From assembly GCF_018350175.1 (NCBI RefSeq), contig NC_058382.1:48734001-48798000 (forward strand): DNA of 64,000 nt, read 5' to 3'. The notes below the pieces were generated by a model that saw only the letters and a program-made list of their open reading frames with translations, ran no database searches and had not been told where the DNA came from. The stretch is from Felis catus (lineage: Eukaryota). The position numbers were made by a program, and so were the translations under genes. Positions 25,232 through 38,053 of the stretch are shown here, in pieces. Each line of letters starts with the position of its first letter. Position 1 is the first letter of the stretch.

Positions 25232-25560
25232 GTACTACCCTATGATCCAGCAATTGCGCTACTGGGTATTTACCCAAAAAATACAAAAACACTGATTCAT
25301 AGGGATACATGCACCCCTTTGTTTATTGCAGCGTTATTTACAAAAGCCAAATTATGAAAGCAGCCCATGTCCATCAATAGATGAATGGATAAAAGTGAAA
25401 TAATTCAGTGAGAGAAAGACAAATGCCATATGATCTCACTCATAAGTGGAATTTAAGAAACAAAACAAATGAGCAAACGGAAAAAAAGAGAGAGACAAAC
25501 CAAGAAACAGACTCTTAACTATAGAGAATAAACTGGTTACCAGAGGGGGGTGCTGAAATA
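24260..25560 (+). mobile_element. Carnivore L1 ORF2 3' portion interrupted by two SINEs (24508-24722, 25013-25160) and (TG)n (~25188-25228)
   Basis: [34 protein letters not shown] is the L1 ORF2 C-terminal cysteine-rich domain region. Confidence 0.88.
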
Positions 25561-28226
25561 GATTTTTTTTAATTCCTCCAAGAGCCCATTTTAAAATGTA
25601 AATCAGCTCATGATTCACAAACCCTGCCATCAGATTCATAATAAATCCTAATCCCTTCAAAGCCCTCTGTGATCACCCTCAGCCTTCTGTGCCTTCGTCT
25701 CTGACACCCTCACCACCCCCCCACCCCCCCCACCCCTCCCCACCCCCCCACCCCCGCTTCATGGGCCCATTTGTTCTATGTTTATCAGGTCAGTCTTGCT
25801 TCCTCCTCATTCTCTTTGCATTCTTTGTTCTCTCTCCTGGCTCCCTGTAATTTCCCTTTGTATTTGCCACTAGACCAGAAGCTCTGTGAGGACAGGATGG
25901 GTGTGTCCTGTCCCGCATTGTCCCCATGCCCAGTACTAGCCCTTTAAGTATCTGCTGAATGAACAAACAAGTCCCCAGCAGCCAGGTGGGTCCGGAAGAA
26001 TGGTCTACTTCCCTTTTGGGTACCAGAGCACGTGCCTTCCCTCCAACTTTGTTCTCTCGGTGTGTGTATGCCTGGGCTTCACGGGAAAGATCAGAGCAGC
26101 TGTGAGGGAAGAAATCAGAATTAGGCAGTGAGCACCTGAAGGGCACGCGGAGTCCACTGGAGGAAACAAGGTGCATGAAAGTACTTCTCAAGGGTCAGCA
26201 CTGGGTGACTTCTGGGGTTTGGGGTGCATGTTGAGGGGCCTCTGATGTTTCTTAGTTCCAGGTAGCAACCATTCCTCCCTGTGTCTCTGCCCTCAACACA
26301 TGTTGAGCTGCTCAAGCTCCCAGGAACAGCCTGGCCATGGGGTTTGCAAAGCAAAGGCTTTTGCTGGTTACCCCACTTCTCTGCCTTTCCCCAACACATT
26401 GATGAAACCAGGACTTTTCTTCTCCCCCACAAGGTAGCCGGTTACCTCAGATGCCCCCTTTGTTGAGCTGGAATCCCAAGGAGTTTCTTCTCCAATAGGG
26501 AGACATTTCCTTTGGAGCCTCCTGTGCCAACTTCTGCCCAGCCCTGACCTTCAATGGCCACCATGGCTTGCCCACCAGAAACCAGGTCTCCCTGGAGAGG
26601 CCTCTTGGAAAGTCGCTGCCTCCCTTAGCCACTTGCTTTGTGGTTGGCTCTCCCTGGGTCACAGGATGTTAGGAGCAGGACCCTGTAAAACCAAGTGCTT
26701 TTCTTCAGATGTTGGGCATAGAAAGGGGCAAAGAGGGAACTGAAAGAGACAATGACCTGGCTTCCTATTTACAGACAATCAGCCAAAGGCTATGCCTGGA
26801 ATCTCGCCTTCCAAACAGGTGCAGTAAAAAAACATCAGAAGCAAAGCACCTTGGAACCCGTGCTGTTGGGCCCCCTGGGAATCAGAGCCAGTCACCCTGG
26901 GTGAGACATGTTGGGGAAGCTTTGCTTTAGGCCCTAGAAACCACCTCTGTGTCTGCTTGTCACTCGTCCCGGAACCCCTTGGTAGTTGGAAGAAGTCACA
27001 GGCCTCTTTCTGTGCCCTGGCCGGTCACAGGCTTTGGAATCAGATAGACCTGGACACAGATATCACCTCCACTCACAAGATTGTGACCTTAGGCAAATTC
27101 CTTTACTTCTGTGATCACTGTTTCCTCACCCAGAACCGTGTCTTCCTTATTGGAATGTGCTAGTTCCATTCCCCGATGGCTTTGTGGTTTGGCTCGGCTC
27201 CAGAAATTTGAGCTGCCATGAGTGGAGAGGCCAGCTAAGGTCCTTGAACACAGTCTGAGAGGCCTTCTCTGAAGCTGCTGGCAGCAGCCAGAGGACCCTG
27301 GAAGGGCTGGCTGGAGCTGGAGCTTTCAGCAAAGGGCTGTGGTGCCCAGGGGCCAGGTCAGAACTGGGGCTAACTGGATTTGGAGAAGAGCTGGTGGGGA
27401 CAGGCAGGCAGCCAGATTTAAGTGATCCCTATGGCATGGAGCCAGGGCCCAGGGCCTCCACTCTCAACCTTGTCCCTGACTTTTGCCTAGCCTCCCTTGC
27501 ACATGGCATGGATCCAAATTCCTTTCCTTAGGGCCCCTCCCTAAACTGCTAGCCTCTTCTTCCTGCTATTGCCCACCAGGGCAGCCTAAGGCCTCAGATT
27601 GCCCATGTCCCCAGGGACCCTGGCATTCACTTCATCCAAACATACACATAAAGGTAACTGTCTAGATGACTGTGTGGTTGGGGCTCTGAGCCCAACACCC
27701 CTGCATCCTGACACCAGAGCTGGAAGGATTGTTAATAGTTCACTGAGCTAACCCAGGAATGCTTCATCTAGAGCCCACACCCGGGAGAGGAGAGGGCAAA
27801 TCCCAGGGCAGAGGCCCAGCCCTCCCCCATGGACCCCTCTCTTGCCCAGAAGGGTTTCTCACAACTCCTCAGAGGGTAGAGAGCACCAGGGTGGGGAGCC
27901 ATACCTGCAGGCAAGTCTCCTGTGATCTTTTCTCTGGGCCATTTTCTCTTCAGTTTCACCTGGAATTAACCTCACACAGCTGGACTAGGAACTTTCTGAA
28001 CCTGGTTCTTCCAGTGTCTCGCCATGGACTCCAGGGAAATCCCTTTATGTCCTTGTTTACTTTCTGGCTAATAAGTGAGGAGAGCAGGCTAATCTCTTCC
28101 TCTGCAGCCCTTGAGAGCTATCTGTGGGTGGTGAGAGGAGAGAGCCCTTTCTTTTGTTCACCCTTTGGTTAAGTGGGCGTCTCCTCTCCTGCTAACTTGT
28201 CCCCTCTGGGACTTGAGGGCAGGGCC

Positions 28227-28228
<2 letters not shown>

Positions 28229-28319
<91 letters not shown>

Positions 28320-28357
28320 TGTGTGTGTGTGTGTGTGCATGCACGCGTGCGTGTGCG
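28229..28357. repeat. (GA)n tract followed by (TG)10 and an alternating purine-pyrimidine tract
   Basis: Read directly. Confidence 0.95.
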
Positions 28358-28401
28358 AGTGCAATTTATCTGCACATTACTTTTCCTCTCTGCAATTTCA
28401 G

Positions 28402-29458
28402 GGTCATGCTGCGGCAGCTTGGCGCCTGACGAGAGCGAGGGGGAACCTGCCAGGGGATTACTGCTAGCGAGAGCTAACAGCAGGACAGCAGGCCTCAGGG
28501 GAGTGGGGATGGGCAGAGCAGCCTGTGAGGCTGGGCCAACAGCACCAAGGAGGCCTGGGCCCTGGCAGGGAGCTCGCACACGCTCAGCTGACCCAGACGG
28601 CATTCACAGTAGATCCCCACTGAGCAGCAGCTGTCCCCAGGCCCTGGAGGACCTCTCAGCAGGAGCAAGAGCTCTGTGAGCCCCTCTTCGACCACAGTTG
28701 GGGCTGTGACCATTGGGAGAAGGGAGCAGCGCCTTGAATGGGAAGCGGAAGGGCAGAGCCTAATGCAAGGAGGATCTTGGTCTCTGCAGGCGAGTTTTCT
28801 GACACCCACAGAGCTTCCTGGGTTTCTTCTCTCAAGACTGGGGCATCGTTCCCTCCCCTGGTGAAGGGTTTGGCCCAGGAGGGCCAGCTGAGGCGGGGAC
28901 AACTCTTGGATGGAATCCATACCACTTGAAGCTCATGTACTCTCTGCTGTGATTGAGGTTCAAAGGCTTCCCCACTGCAGGGGACGAGGGGCCGCCTCCG
29001 TGTCTGCTCATGAACCACAAGGACTCCGAATGCTCCAGACTGGACCGTTTCGAGCCACCAAAGAGGGGGGCCCCCGGAGCTGGCAGCCAGCAACCCCAAG
29101 GGACTAGAGAGCTGGGATGGACTGACCTGCCCCTCACCAGGGCAGTGGGAGAATCAGAGCCTCTGTGGCCCAGCTAGTGACAGAGAGACCTAATGAAGCC
29201 ATAAGCAGGGGCCCGAGTGGCCCAGGGACAGGGGAGCCACTCCTGCCTACGTGCTTTCTCCTTGCGTAGAGGGAGGGTGTGGTGAGGGACCCCTGCCTCT
29301 GTCCCCTCCTCAGCACGTGCCCCTATGCCCTTTGCACGTGGTGCCAGAAGAGGCAGGCTACGCTGTGGCTGGCCCATCAGTGGGCTGGGAAAGGAGTGGC
29401 CACGGTGACACCCCACTGCCCACCAGGCTGGTGGTCTGGCCCCCCGGGGCGCCAAACC
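28402..29458 (+). other. ST3GAL2: Probable 5'UTR part of the first coding exon of ST3GAL2
   Basis: Good acceptor TTTTCCTCTCTGCAATTTCAG|G at 28381-28402; repeat-free GC-rich sequence up to the ATG; boundary inferred, no transcript data. Confidence 0.65.
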
Positions 29459-29797
29459 ATGAAGTGCTCCCTACGGGTGTGGTTCCTCTCTGTGGCCTTC
29501 CTGCTGGTGTTCATCATGTCACTGCTCTTCACCTACTCCCACCACAGCATGGCCACCTTGCCCTACCTGGACTCGGGGACCCTGGGTGGGACCCACCGGG
29601 TGAAGCTGGTGCCTGGCTATGCTGGCCTGCAGCGCCTCAGCAAGGAGGGGCTCCCCGGCAAGAGCTGTGCCTGCCGCCGCTGCATGGGTGACACTGGAGC
29701 CTCTGACTGGTTCGATAGCCACTTCAACAGCAACATTTCCCCTGTGTGGACCCGAGAGAATATGGATCTGCCTCCAGATGTCCAGAGGTGGTGGATG
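29459..29797 (+). CDS. ST3GAL2: ST3GAL2 coding exon 1 (cytoplasmic tail, transmembrane anchor, stem)
   Basis: ACCATGA start at 29459; [30 protein letters not shown]...PPDVQRWWM has type II Golgi membrane topology; ends at donor ATG|GTGAGA; 339 nt, phase 0. Confidence 0.97.
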
Positions 29798-31382
29798 GTG
29801 AGAGCTACAGCCCCTCCTGCCTCCCCTTTGCTGCCCCCTTGGTCCCCTGGTTTGGGAGTCACTCTTCAAGCCCCTCTTGGATTTGGGCATTCTGCCTTCT
29901 GGCCCCCAGAGCCTTGACAAAGTATTTGGTCCATTTGACCAGAGCCATCTGGTAGGGTCACAGATTCTGAAAGGCAGAGTGAGCTTTGGCCTGGAAGGAG
30001 AGAGAACCACTTTTTAGTGCCTATAGGGGCTGGGCAGACACCAGAAATGCCTACTAGGCCAGGGAGATAACACAGGAGATACAGGCCCCAAGGAGGAAGA
30101 TGCTGAGAGGTAAGGACCATGGCGGGGAGAATGTCTGCCCTTTATAAAGGAGGCAACCCCTCTCAGCTATAGCAAACTTGTGCTCTGCAGGGATGTGACC
30201 CATCACTGCTGGATCTTCTGACCCCTTAAGAGAACTTGGAAGTCCACAGTTTTTTGCTAAATATCCTAATTTGTAAATGTTGGCTCACAAGAATTTTAAA
30301 CACCGTGAGGGCCACTCACTTAGTTTTCTATAATTGCTGGAAGAGGCTTTCTTCTGGGCCAGGAAAAGAAAACATTGTGAGTTTCTTTGGGAGATAAGGG
30401 AGGTGAGGGGCAGGGGATGAGAGGACGGGTATGCCCGAGGCTCCCTGCTTTTCTGGCTCCTGTCACCTTTCTGCTCCTTTTAACTCCCTTTACCTCATCC
30501 TCGTCATCTCTGGAATGTCACTCCCTAGGCTCTTCCTGGGCCATCTGGTTGCCATACTGTGTCAGGTGGAGCAGTGTCAGTGCTTAGCCCAAGGGCCCTC
30601 AGGCCACCTTCATTCCCCCTGGGGGACTGGGGAGTCAGCTCCTCATTTTCCCAGCTGGAAAATGGGGAAGATGATGACTCCCCGCTCTTTCTCACATTCA
30701 GGGAGACAGTGAGGAGGAGCTCCTGTGATCAGGCTTATCAGAACAACTCACAGATCCTGCTTCCTGGCTCAGACTGTCCAAGTCCCTAAGAATGGGGAGG
30801 TCTACAGAGCAAGGATCACCAGGAGCCCCAGGGCCATTCCTGTGGCAGCCTGGAGCACTCGAAGGGTTCCGCCTGTTAATCATAGTCACAGCCCTCATTT
30901 TGTGAGGAAAATCAAGGTTCAGATAGTGCATAGAGCTTGCCTGAGGTGGTGGCCACCTAGAACCAGAGCAGGATCCTGGGCAGAAGTAGACCCATGGGTA
31001 GGCCAGGTTTCCTTCCCTTAGGGATGGAACTCGGGGCTGTTTAAGCACCAAGCATGTTCTTCAGCCAAGACACAGAAGCCATTTCTCTCGGGCTCCCCAT
31101 AGTCACTCCCTTTTGCTGTGAACTTAGAAATTCTTATCTCAAGCTTAGCTTCCTGTCCACACTCAGTTCGTATTCTTGTTCTCAAGAGCCTTTCCTGTGC
31201 TCCTGTGCTAAGAGGCAGAGAAGCAGGCCTACTCCATTCCCTTCATTTATTCTGTCCCCTGAGCAGCTCCTGCTCAGCCACACTCCCCATATTATGGTTC
31301 AGACCACAGAGCGTGTGAAAGCCCTAGTTTCTACCCTACTGATTTGTGGTCTGTGACCCAAGTCCAGTCTGCTCAATATTTT

Positions 31383-31405
31383 CTTTTAGTTTATTTTTAT
31401 TTATT

Positions 31406-31442
<37 letters not shown>

Positions 31443-31870
31443 AAGCCGGGGAGGGGCAGAGAGAGAGAGGGAGACAGAATCACAAGCATGCTCCGCGCTG
31501 TCAGTGCAGAGCCCGATGCAGGGCTCAAACTCACAAACCGTGAGATCATCATCTGAGCCAAAATCAAGAGTTGGATGCTTAACCGACTGAGCCACTCAGG
31601 TGCCCCTGCTCAATATTTCTAAAATATTTGCATTAGTGGGACGCCTGGGCGGCTCACTCGGTTAAGTGCCCAACTCCAGCGTAGGTCATGATCTCACGGC
31701 TCGTGAATTCGAGCCCTGTGTCAGGCTCTGTACTGACAGCTCGGAGCCTGGAGCCTGCTTCGCATTCTGTGTCTTCCTCTCTCTCTGCCACTCCCCTGCT
31801 TGGACTCTGTGTGTGTGTTTCTCTCTCTCTCTCTCTCTCAAAAAATAATAAACATTAAAAAAAAAAACTT
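31383..31870. mobile_element. Head-to-head CAN-SINE pair (- 31383-31606; + 31638-31870)
   Basis: TSDs TGCTCAATATTTY (31370-31382, 31607-31619) and TAAAATATTTGCATTAGT (31620-31637, 31871-31888). Confidence 0.92.
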
Positions 31871-32713
31871 TAAAATATTTGCATTAGTTAACATTTAGGA
31901 ATTGGGATATTTCACGTGAAATCCATATTTTCAGCTTCTCTTGAAAAACTGGAAAATTTGGTGCTTTTGAGCTCACGATACAACACAGCAGCAGTCAGTT
32001 CACTCCTTTTTGATGGGGCCTCCTGTTTGCCGTAGTCCCCATCTGCCACTTTACTCCTGCGCAGTTACTTGCCTGGCGTGTTGGCATTTGAGGGCTGCCC
32101 CAGCTTCATTTCATGGTCTTCCACGGTTACTGGTGGTTGGAAGTACAGGGAACCAGTTTCATTCCAGCCATTCTGACTTTGAAAGAATTCCTGTACCTCT
32201 CTGCCTGCTCTTCTCCTCTCCCCTAGGGCTCAGGGGGTGACTCCAGTTATCCCTGTGGATATTGCGTCAAGATGGAGCTTTCCTAACCCTGAGTCCTCAG
32301 GCTCAGTCCCAGAGGCGCCCTCTGTAGGCGGGTTGGGAATGAGCCCTTGAAGCTCAGCAGGGTTTTCCACATTAACTGCACCTCAAAATGACTCTTCCTG
32401 TGACTCATAGCTTCCCTGAGAGGACAGCAGAGCAGGGGCCTCTGCAGCCATGACGAGCCCAGGAAGTTTCTCTGCTCTGCGGTACCCCTTGACCCCCGAG
32501 TCCCCTCCAGTGCGTTAGAGCGTGCGCCTGATGAGAAGGGCACTAGCCTCAGAAAGGAACTTTACTGTGTGGGAATGGGGGCATGTCCTCACTGTTGAGA
32601 GAGAATTCCCTTTCCCTGACTGAGATTAGAGGGTGAAGGCAGGGAGGCGAGACAGGCAGGAATCCCTCCCTGCTCACCTGCCCCCGTCCTTCCTTCTTCT
32701 CTCCTGTCCACAG

Positions 32714-32907
32714 ATGCTGCAGCCCCAGTTCAAGTCGCACAATACCAACGAGGTACTGGAGAAGCTGTTCCAGATAGTGCCAGGCGAGAACCCCTACCGC
32801 TTCCGGGACCCCCACCAGTGCCGGCGCTGTGCCGTGGTGGGGAACTCAGGCAACCTGCGGGGCTCTGGCTACGGTCCGGATGTGGATGGGCACAACTTCA
32901 TCATGAG
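32714..32907 (+). CDS. ST3GAL2: ST3GAL2 coding exon 2 (start of sialylmotif L)
   Basis: Pyrimidine tract then CAG| acceptor; [65 protein letters not shown]; donor AG|GTGAGC; 194 nt. Confidence 0.97.
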
Positions 32908-35900
32908 GTGAGCCCCAGGGAGCGCAAGGGTGGGCCCAGGACAGGCCTCCAGAAGGAGGCACTGGCCTCCATAGACTTGTCTGGCAGTGTAGGAGTTGCC
33001 TGCTGCTGTGAGCCTCCCATACCAGAACCTTCTGTAAAGGCTTGAGTGTCTCACTCTTATTTGTCGGGTAGATGGGGAGGCAGAATTCCCATTCTGTACT
33101 TTGCTTGAGGCCTGCACTCAGTTTCGAGTCCTGAACTCCTCCGAAAAGAACCGAGAGTAGACCACTGGTTGTTTTCTGGTGAGAACTCCCACCTGCCTGG
33201 TCCCCTCAGTGCTGAGCCAGGAGTGAGGCCCCACACTAATGTCTTGAGTAATAGCCACAGATGGTTCCTCCTGGCAGTCTCACAGAAGATGGAGGTCCTG
33301 GGCAGGAAGAGGAACTGCTCAGTGCTTGCTCTGGGCTGCTGTCCCTCACCTTTATTTGATAAGGTTTAGATTATGTGGGGCAGATTCATTTACCAGACAT
33401 CTCTGCCCAGCCTTAAGGAAAGGAGAGGGGTTGGAAAGGCATTCATTTCAGACAAAGACACAGAGCTATGAGCCTGGAGGTGAACAGGGACTACATGGTG
33501 GACTTAAAACTCCAACATGGACTGCTCATTCTGTTCCTGACTTTCATCCTGTTTTCTGACTTTCTCCTTAGACTTGGGGATGGGAAATGCCATGCTGGGG
33601 ATCCTTCCATCCCACTCCTTGGTGGAAAAAGAGACTTGAGAGTAAATATACTGAAAATGCCGAGTTTTCACTAAGCATCTCTTATGATGAGCGTTGCAGA
33701 AAGACCAGGTTTCCCAGGAGGGGAAGGAAGGGCTTTGTCTTAGAAACTGTTGCTGTTTCCATGGCAACACCCAGGCAGCAGTATGTCTCTGAGGCTTTCA
33801 CCATTCCTTGCAAAACCTTTCTCATGTTGAGAAGGGGGGGGGGGCGCGGTGGGGAGAGGAGGTCTGCTAGGCCCCATCCAGGAACCCAGAACCACCTGAG
33901 ATTCTCTCTGTCCTCCAACTGCTGGCACTCAGAATGTAAGGGAGGCAAGCTGGTTGCTGGAGAGGGGGCTCTCTCTACCCTGAGACAGTGGCCGAGAGTG
34001 GGGAAGGAGGCATCCATCACTTCAGTGCAGCCCTGGGACTCTCGGGAAGCCCAGGGAAATGGTCTTGAGTGCCTGAAGCTCCTGCCTCTGCTGCTCTGCC
34101 CCCTGTGCTAAGTGGATGCTTTCATTATGCATGTCAGTGGCAGTTGGGAAGCTCCAGGGTAGAAGCAGACAAAAAGGCTTGGCCGCTATGACACCTTAGT
34201 GGTACCTGGTCAGGCCAGGCTACAGAAAGGAATTCACAGATGTTCACTCACAGAGACCAGGTTAGGAGATGTGCATTTTGGAATGGACCCCAGAATTGCT
34301 TTGTGTAAGGGGTGACCCAGATTGAATTGGCTTTTTGCTGATGGGTACAGTCTGATGGTAGTGGAGGTGACTCTTTCCTTACAGGCATGTCTTGGTTTGG
34401 AACCACTGGGGACGCCTCCCTGGTCCCTGGAGGCAAGACCAACATAAGACCCCACCAAGCTGAGTTACAGTGAGATGATGGCTATACCCATATTTCCCTA
34501 TCGCACCCCCCGGCTGCCTCCTCCTCCTATATGTCTTCTGAGCCCTGCTGAAAACTTCAAATGGAGTTGAGCTGGTCCTGCCTCAGCCAGCCAGCAGACC
34601 TAGAACAAGCACCTGGCAGTCGTAGGCTCACCTTAATACATGAGTGAATGGAAGAGACTAGGTGACCAGATACCAAACTCTAAGCATGAACGCACATACA
34701 CCATTCCCCTGCCTCTGCCCTCAGGTACAGAGGCAACCAGAAACAGATAGAATTCTAGAATGCTTTTTCCCTGAATCATGGAGATGTAGTTCAACCTGTG
34801 TCCTGTCTGGCCCCTTTCCAGGGCTTGGCTTCTCCAGAATGAATCAGAACCTCAAAGCAAAATCCTGCCCTCAAAATCATGCCATGTTCCTTCCTTCTAC
34901 CTTGGAGGCTCTGAAACATCTTTTTTAGAACTCTTACTCCATTCGTTCTCAGATTTTAGAAAGTTGGTGCCTGCCCAGCAAGTGAGAGGGACCTGAGGGA
35001 GGTGGAGGCAATGATACTGTCTGCCAGGTCTAAGAAGGGACTTCCTCAAGACTGTGGCTACAGATGATGGGGGTGGGGTGGAGTGGGGTTGTCTTCAGAG
35101 GCCAACCTGGGACACTTGTAGCCCTTTGATCTGTGGGACCAGTTTGGCCTCTCCATGTCAAGTGAGAGGAGGTTATTTCTTAGGTACATGCCAGAGTGAC
35201 CTTGACCCCAGCTCCTGCCCAGTCCAGGCCCCAGCCAACTTGAGTGTCACCAACCCACGTCGTCCACTTCCTGATACCCCGTTACATATCCCAGGCAGCT
35301 GAGAAACACCATCCCAATTGATCTGTTCCTCACAGACCCCAGGGCTGATGTGACAGAAGGCAGATCTGGATGTGGCTCTGGTGACCATAGGACACCAGTG
35401 CTGTGTGTAGAGCTCTAGTAGCCCCAGAAAACTGTCATTAATAAATGGGAAAGTATACTTTTAGGCTCTTCTAAGAGGTAATATCTCTGAATCCTAAAGA
35501 CCAGGAAAACGGAGGGGTGCCCAGACAGGAGGCACAGGGGCAGTTAACCTAAAGAAATGGAGGCTAGAGCACAGTTGGTCCTGCAGAAAAGATTCTAGGC
35601 TTCTGCTTGAGCCAGACTAGAACTGAAGTGGCCAAGAACAAAGACTCACTCTCTAGTTCCAAATCAGGCCGTTCTCAGGCTTTATGGCTTTCCAACTCCA
35701 AACATCCTCCAATTCCTCAAGGGAAGGGAACGAGAGAGCTACAGCAATATGACTGGCAGCAGTGGGGCCTCCTGGATGTGCTCCTACTGTATCATGCCAT
35801 CGGGGGAGGTGGGCAGGAGGAAGGCATTGTGGGAGCCCCAGTGACACACGAGGTCTTTACTCAGCCCAGCTGAGTGGTGCCAGCCACTTTAAGTACAGGT

Positions 35901-36616
35901 AACCTTCATCCTGGTTTTACAGAACAGGCATAAAAAGCTGGGAAAGCACATGGAGACTTTGCTCCCTCTCTCCCAGGTCCCTTTATCCCCATTGGAGGGC
36001 AAGGTTATGGTCATCTATCTAGGCAGTCATGATTCTGCAAAGTGGTCCACACAAGACAGGAATGTTCTCATAGATGGTCATAGCAGAAAAGACCAACAGG
36101 TTTGTGTTTACAGCTGGATCACCTGTTTTGAAGATGTTCACCAAAAGAGGGAGCTTTGATTTTATTGATCCTATGTTTTGCACAAGTTGAAAGGAAGTAG
36201 AAGCCTCCTGGGCTTGTTATACCCAGGAGGACGGTGAGCCCACTCTGGGTTTCCGACTTCTTCCATGGCAGCATGGGAGAGACACATCCACACTGCACAT
36301 CACCGGCAGACAGCCAAGGTGGGCACTGTCAGAACTTGGAGCATCCCTCCTGGCCTTGGAACAGAAAGGCAGATAAGAAGCTGACATACAGGGACAGAGG
36401 GGCTGGTGCTGGTGGAATAGAGGCTGCCATGCAGCTCAGGGGCTGAGGGAATGCTTCAGCTTCTTATCTTGCTTCCACCGTCTTCTAGGAAAGAGGACAG
36501 AACAGCCAGGTAAGGTTGAAGCTGTAGAAGGCTGTTCTTTTCTTTAATAAAAAAAAAAAATTGTAAGAGTAATAAATATGTCATTGGGGGAAAAACACAG
36601 AAATATATATACTAGA

Positions 36617-37992
36617 GGGTGCCTGGGTGACTCATTCAGTTAAGCGTCCCACTTCAGCTCAGGTTATGATCTCGCAGTTCATGAGTTTGAGCCCCACGTC
36701 AGACTCTGTGCTGATAACTCAGAGCCTGGGGCCTGCTTCAGATTCTGTGTCTCCCTCTCTCTCTCCCCTTACCTTGCTCTCTATCTCTGTCTCTGTCTTT
36801 CAGAAATAAATAAACATTAAAACATTTTTAAAAGAAAAAAATATATATACTAAAAGATGAATTACCCTTCCCCATCCCATTTCCCAAGAGTAACCTTTGT
36901 TACCAATTGTAATACTCTTCCAGATTTTTTTATTCATATATAAAAGTATGTTTTTTCTTTCTTCCTTCTTCCTTTTGCTCCCTGTGCCTCCTTTTCTTTT
37001 TTTTTTTTTTAATTTTTTTTTCAACGTTTTTATTTTATTTTTGGGACAGAGAGAGACAGAGCATGAACGGGGGAGGGGCAGAGAGAGAGGGAGACACAGA
37101 ATCGGAAACAGGCTCCAGGCTCCGAGCCATCAGCCCAGAGCCCGACGCGGGGCTCGAACTCACGAACCGCGAGATCGTGACCTGGCTGAAGTCGGAGGCT
37201 TAACCGACTGAGCCACCCAGGCTCCCCTGCTTTTCTTTTTTTACAAAAAAATGGTATCACACTATCTAGTTTCAAGTTTTCCTTTTGTCTTAATTCCCTC
37301 CTGCATCACATACTAGTATTCAAAAGGTAATGGGATAGACACCTCACATTACTTGTTTTTTTTCACTGAGTACCTCTTGGACTTATTTCTTACCAGCACA
37401 TGTAAATCTGTTTCACTCATTCTCATGGCTACATGGTGTTCTATTATATGAGTGTGCCAAAATGTATTAACCAGTTCTCTTTTTTAATGTGTATTTATTT
37501 TTGAGAGAGAGACAGACAGAGCATGGGCAGGGGAGAGGCTGAGAGAGGGAGACACAGAATCCGAAGCAGGCTCCAGGCTCTGAGCTGTCAGCACAGAGCC
37601 CGACGCAGGGCTTGAACTCACGAGCCGTGAGATCATGACCTGAGCCAAAGTTGGACGCTTAACTAAGCAAGCCACCCAGGAGGCCCAACCAGTTCTTAAT
37701 TGTTAAATTGATTCTCCTTTTCACTACTGTAAATAATAATGCAGTGAATATCTTTGTGCGCATGTCTTTGCAGACTTATGAAACCATTTTTATAGGATAG
37801 ATACTTAGAAATGGAATTGCCACGGGGCACCTGGGTGGCTCAGTTGGGTGAGCATCTGACTTTGGCTCAGGTCAGGATCTCATGGCTTGTGAGTTTGAGC
37901 TCCACATCGGGCTCTGTGCTGACAGCTCAGAGCCTGGAGCCTGCTTCAGAGTCTGTCTCTGTCCCTGTCTCTGCCCATCCCCTGCTCATGTA

Positions 37993-38053
<61 letters not shown>

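Noticed and set aside
24240..25580. TTTTTTTAATTYC direct repeat around an L1 fragment lacking a poly-A tail (possible endonuclease-independent insertion)
   Set aside because: Low-complexity match, too weak to call a TSD
28158..28679. ORFs with poly-ER, poly-SL or poly-CV tracts (also 37811-38154, 31344-31595)
   Set aside because: Translations of GA/CT/GT microsatellites and SINE tails
29798..29917. C-terminal part of the 212 aa ORF beyond WWM
   Set aside because: Read-through into the intron past a good donor; the spliced frame continues at 32714
32875..32880. Pro in sialylmotif L (GYGPDVD), where I recall Gln in human
   Set aside because: Variable motif position (ST3GAL1 has Pro there); no sign of functional loss
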